A DNA stretch of 64,000 bases from Vicinamibacteria bacterium (GTDB lineage Bacteria; Acidobacteriota; Vicinamibacteria; Marinacidobacterales; Marinacidobacteraceae): contig CAXXLQ010000001.1 of the NCBI GenBank assembly GCA_963668695.2, positions 1-64,000 of the forward strand, given 5' to 3'. How positions within the stretch are numbered: the stretch's first letter is position 1; every line of letters begins with the position of its first letter. The position numbers and the translations under genes are program-made. Under the pieces are notes generated by a model, which was not told the origin of the DNA, did no database searches, and worked only from the letters and a program-made list of their open reading frames with translations. Positions 61,313 through 64,000 of this stretch are shown one piece after another.

Positions 61313-63754
61313 GTGATTCGCTTTTCCTCGAGTGCCCGCAAGGCGTGGCGAGCCTCCGCTGCGGGGTTTTTCTTCCTGCTGGCTGGCGGTTCACTCGTTG
61401 CCGCGGGCGCCGAACGCACGCCGGCGGAACCCGCCCCGCACCCCTCGGACCGGCGGGTCCAGAACACTCAGGACACGCAGGACGATCAGGACGATCAGGA
61501 TGACCTTGCCCTTTCGCCCCGCGGCGCGGGTCGGCTCGCCGAACCGCAGCAGGCGCCCGTCAGCTCGGCGATGGCCGAGCGGATCCTCGGCCCGCCCGCT
61601 CCCGCGGCGGGAGAAGCGGTTAGCCGCGACGCCGGCGGCCGGGTAACGCTCCGCGCGTTCCGGCTCGCCGAGCCGCTCACCGTGGACGGGGTGCTCGATG
61701 ACCCGGTGTACGACCAGGTCCCGGCGGCAGAAGGATTCCTGCAGCAGGAACCCGACGAGGGTGCTCCGGTGTCGGAGTCCACGCGCGTCTGGGTGCTCTA
61801 CGACGCGGACAGCCTCTACATCGCCGCCGAGCTGGAAGAGGACCACCCGGAGCGGCTGACGGCCGGCGAGATGCGTCGGGACCACCGAAACGTCGGCTGG
61901 AACGACAGCTTCTCGGTCATCCTCGACACCTTCTATGACCGGCGGAACGGCTTCTTGTTCCACACGAACTCCCTCGGCGCCCTGTTCGATGGCCAGGTGA
62001 CCGACGAGCGGAACACGAACAGCGATTGGAACACCGTGTGGTGGGTGAAGACTCGCCAGCTGGAGGACGGGTGGACGGTGGAGATCCGGATCCCGTTCCG
62101 CTCGCTCCGCTACGCGGCCGGCGGACCCCAGCTCTGGGGGATCAACTTCCGCCGCCTCATCAAGCACCGCAACGAACAGGTGTTCTTTACTCCGACGCCC
62201 CAGTCGTACAGCCGGAACGGACTGCTGCGGCTCTCCAACGCCGCGACGCTCGTCGGTCTCGAGGCGCCCGCCGGATCCAGGCGGATGGAACTGAAGCCGT
62301 ACGCGATCGGCTCGCAGAGCCACGTTCCCCTGAACGACGTGCTTAACGACTGGTCGGGCGACATCGGCGGCGACTTCAAGTTCGGCGTCACCGACGGGCT
62401 CACCGCCGACGTGACCTGGAACACCGACTTCGCGCAGGTCGAAGACGACGAGAGCCAGGTCAACCTGAGCCGCTTCAGCCTGTTCTACCCGGAAAAGCGC
62501 GAGTTCTTCCTCGAGGGCCAGGGGGTCTTCGACTTTGGCGGCCGGCAGTCGCGCGGCTTCGGAGGCGGCTCCGACGCTCCCATCCCGTTCTTCAGCCGGA
62601 CGATCGGCATCTCGGGCGGCAGCGCGGTTCCGATTCTCGGGGGCGGCCGGCTTCACGGCCGCACCGGCGCCTACACGATGGGCCTCATGAACATCCAGAC
62701 CGGGGAAGTGGGCGGCCTTGATGTGGAGAGCACGAACTTCAGCGCCGTCCGGGTGAAGCGGGACATCCTTTCGCGCTCCAACATCGGGGTGATCGCCACC
62801 CACCGGAACGTCGGCGCCGGCGGCTCCGGGGCGAATTCGCTCTACGGGGTGGACGGCAACTTCGCCCCGACCGACAACATCCGCATCAACACCTTCTACA
62901 TGGCGACGACCGAGCCCGGAGTCGAGAACGGGCACCAGGCCGCCACCTATATGGGCCAGTTCCGCTACGACACCGATCTGATCGATGTCACTGCCGAGCG
63001 TCTCTATCTCGGTGAGGACTTCAACCCGGGGATGGGCTTCGTCCGCCGCCGGGATTTCACGAAGAACGCCGGAAGCCTCCAGTTCTCGCCGCGCCCCCGC
63101 GGCATCAAGGCCATCCGCCAGTTCGAGTTCAAGGCCGGCGCGAAGAACTACGACCGCCCCGACGGTGAGATGGAGACCCGCGAGTACCAGGTCGACGCGC
63201 GAATCGTCTTCGAGAGCAGCGATCGCCTCATGTTCGACCACAGCGTGACCGAAGAGCGGCTCCTCGAGGGTTTCGACCTCTCGAGTGACGTTGGAATCCC
63301 CGCCGGCAACTATCGGTTCTCCCGGACCGGGGTAAGGGTGCGGATGGGATCCCATCGCTCCTTCTCGGGCATGTTCCGCTACGAGTTCGGTGACTTCTTC
63401 GGGGGCACCCGGCAACAGGTGAGTTATTGGGGACGCGCCGAGATGAACCAGCGCTTTTCCATCGAGCCGAACATCAGCCTCAACTGGATCGAGGTGCCCG
63501 GCGGCGAGGTACGGGCGCAGGTCAGCCGGCTCCGCGCCAGCTACACCGTCTCGCCCCGGAGTTTCCTGGGTGCGCTCGTCCAGTACAACTCGGCGGCGCA
63601 GCTACTTTCCGCGAACGTGCGTTTCCGCTGGGAGTATTCACCGGGCAGCGATCTCTTTGTCGTCTTCAGCACGAACCGCGACGGGGATGACGGGTTGGCG
63701 GGGCTCAGCGACCGGACGCTCGTCGTCAAGTTCACCCGTTTGTTCCGGTTTTAG
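61313..63754 (+). CDS. CBM9-like + DUF5916 outer-membrane protein, paralogue 2
   Basis: Colinear with and highly similar to paralogue 1. Confidence 0.88.
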   Translation: MIRFSSSARKAWRASAAGFFFLLAGGSLVAAGAERTPAEPAPHPSDRRVQNTQDTQDDQDDQDDLALSPRGAGRLAEPQQAPVSSAMAERILGPPAPAAGEAVSRDAGGRVTLRAFRLAEPLTVDGVLDDPVYDQVPAAEGFLQQEPDEGAPVSESTRVWVLYDADSLYIAAELEEDHPERLTAGEMRRDHRNVGWNDSFSVILDTFYDRRNGFLFHTNSLGALFDGQVTDERNTNSDWNTVWWVKTRQLEDGWTVEIRIPFRSLRYAAGGPQLWGINFRRLIKHRNEQVFFTPTPQSYSRNGLLRLSNAATLVGLEAPAGSRRMELKPYAIGSQSHVPLNDVLNDWSGDIGGDFKFGVTDGLTADVTWNTDFAQVEDDESQVNLSRFSLFYPEKREFFLEGQGVFDFGGRQSRGFGGGSDAPIPFFSRTIGISGGSAVPILGGGRLHGRTGAYTMGLMNIQTGEVGGLDVESTNFSAVRVKRDILSRSNIGVIATHRNVGAGGSGANSLYGVDGNFAPTDNIRINTFYMATTEPGVENGHQAATYMGQFRYDTDLIDVTAERLYLGEDFNPGMGFVRRRDFTKNAGSLQFSPRPRGIKAIRQFEFKAGAKNYDRPDGEMETREYQVDARIVFESSDRLMFDHSVTEERLLEGFDLSSDVGIPAGNYRFSRTGVRVRMGSHRSFSGMFRYEFGDFFGGTRQQVSYWGRAEMNQRFSIEPNISLNWIEVPGGEVRAQVSRLRASYTVSPRSFLGALVQYNSAAQLLSANVRFRWEYSPGSDLFVVFSTNRDGDDGLAGLSDRTLVVKFTRLFRF

Positions 63755-63863
63755 CAGCCCCTAGACAAGGTCGCGCGGCCCAGTTGCTGGGTAAACGCAG
63801 GTCCGACGTGCACCCACAATCTGGACGGCCGAGCCCTCGACAGAGCAGATGGCGCGCAGGCCC

Positions 63864-63910
63864 GGGAACGCCGGTGTTCACACCGGCACAGCGGCCCGCA
63901 GGGCCGCGGC
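63864..63910 (+). repeat. REP-like double hairpin
   Basis: GGGAACGCCGGTGTTCACACCGGCACAGCGGCCCGCAGGGCCGC. Confidence 0.7.
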
Positions 63911-64000
63911 GGTGCAGACCCCAACCGTCGGGATGGCTTCCTTCTCGGCGCGTGCCCCTCAAGGGCAGGATGGCGCGCGACAGCGGGCCCCCACCGGGAG

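Overview
GC-rich bacterial chromosome segment; the gene mix suggests Acidobacteriota or Gemmatimonadota, but that is a weak inference. The core backbone is a CocE/NonD hydrolase, holB-tmk, a bacilliredoxin, a PQQ dehydrogenase, egtBD, a MacAB-like ABC exporter, an MFP with two RND pumps, tRNA-Val(TAC) and two DUF5916 paralogues. Accessory cargo interrupts it repeatedly: three TA modules, Uma2 and PD-(D/E)XK nucleases, a Type III RM system, a DUF262-DUF1524 (GmrSD-like) nuclease, lipoproteins and a decayed integrase/oriT element. Two things stand out. (1) A 20-bp sequence, CCAGTTCTCCCGGTGGGGGC, occurs at least 14 times in both orientations. It is present or absent at homologous positions of other repeats, replaces only about 1-2 nt with no target duplication, and sits in-frame inside an RND gene, so it behaves like an independently inserting micro-element. 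(2) Most cargo blocks are bracketed by direct repeats made from fragments of neighbouring host genes (egtBD, the RND 3' end x4, MFP-tRNA-Val x2, the PIN TA, the DUF5916 leader), giving a nested 'accordion'. Also present are a TA-targeting MITE (3 copies), a REP-like family (8 copies), a ColE1-like oriT and an EgtB lacking its usual catalytic-tyrosine motifs. All calls come from reading motifs by eye; no searches were run, and misassembly of strain variants cannot be excluded.
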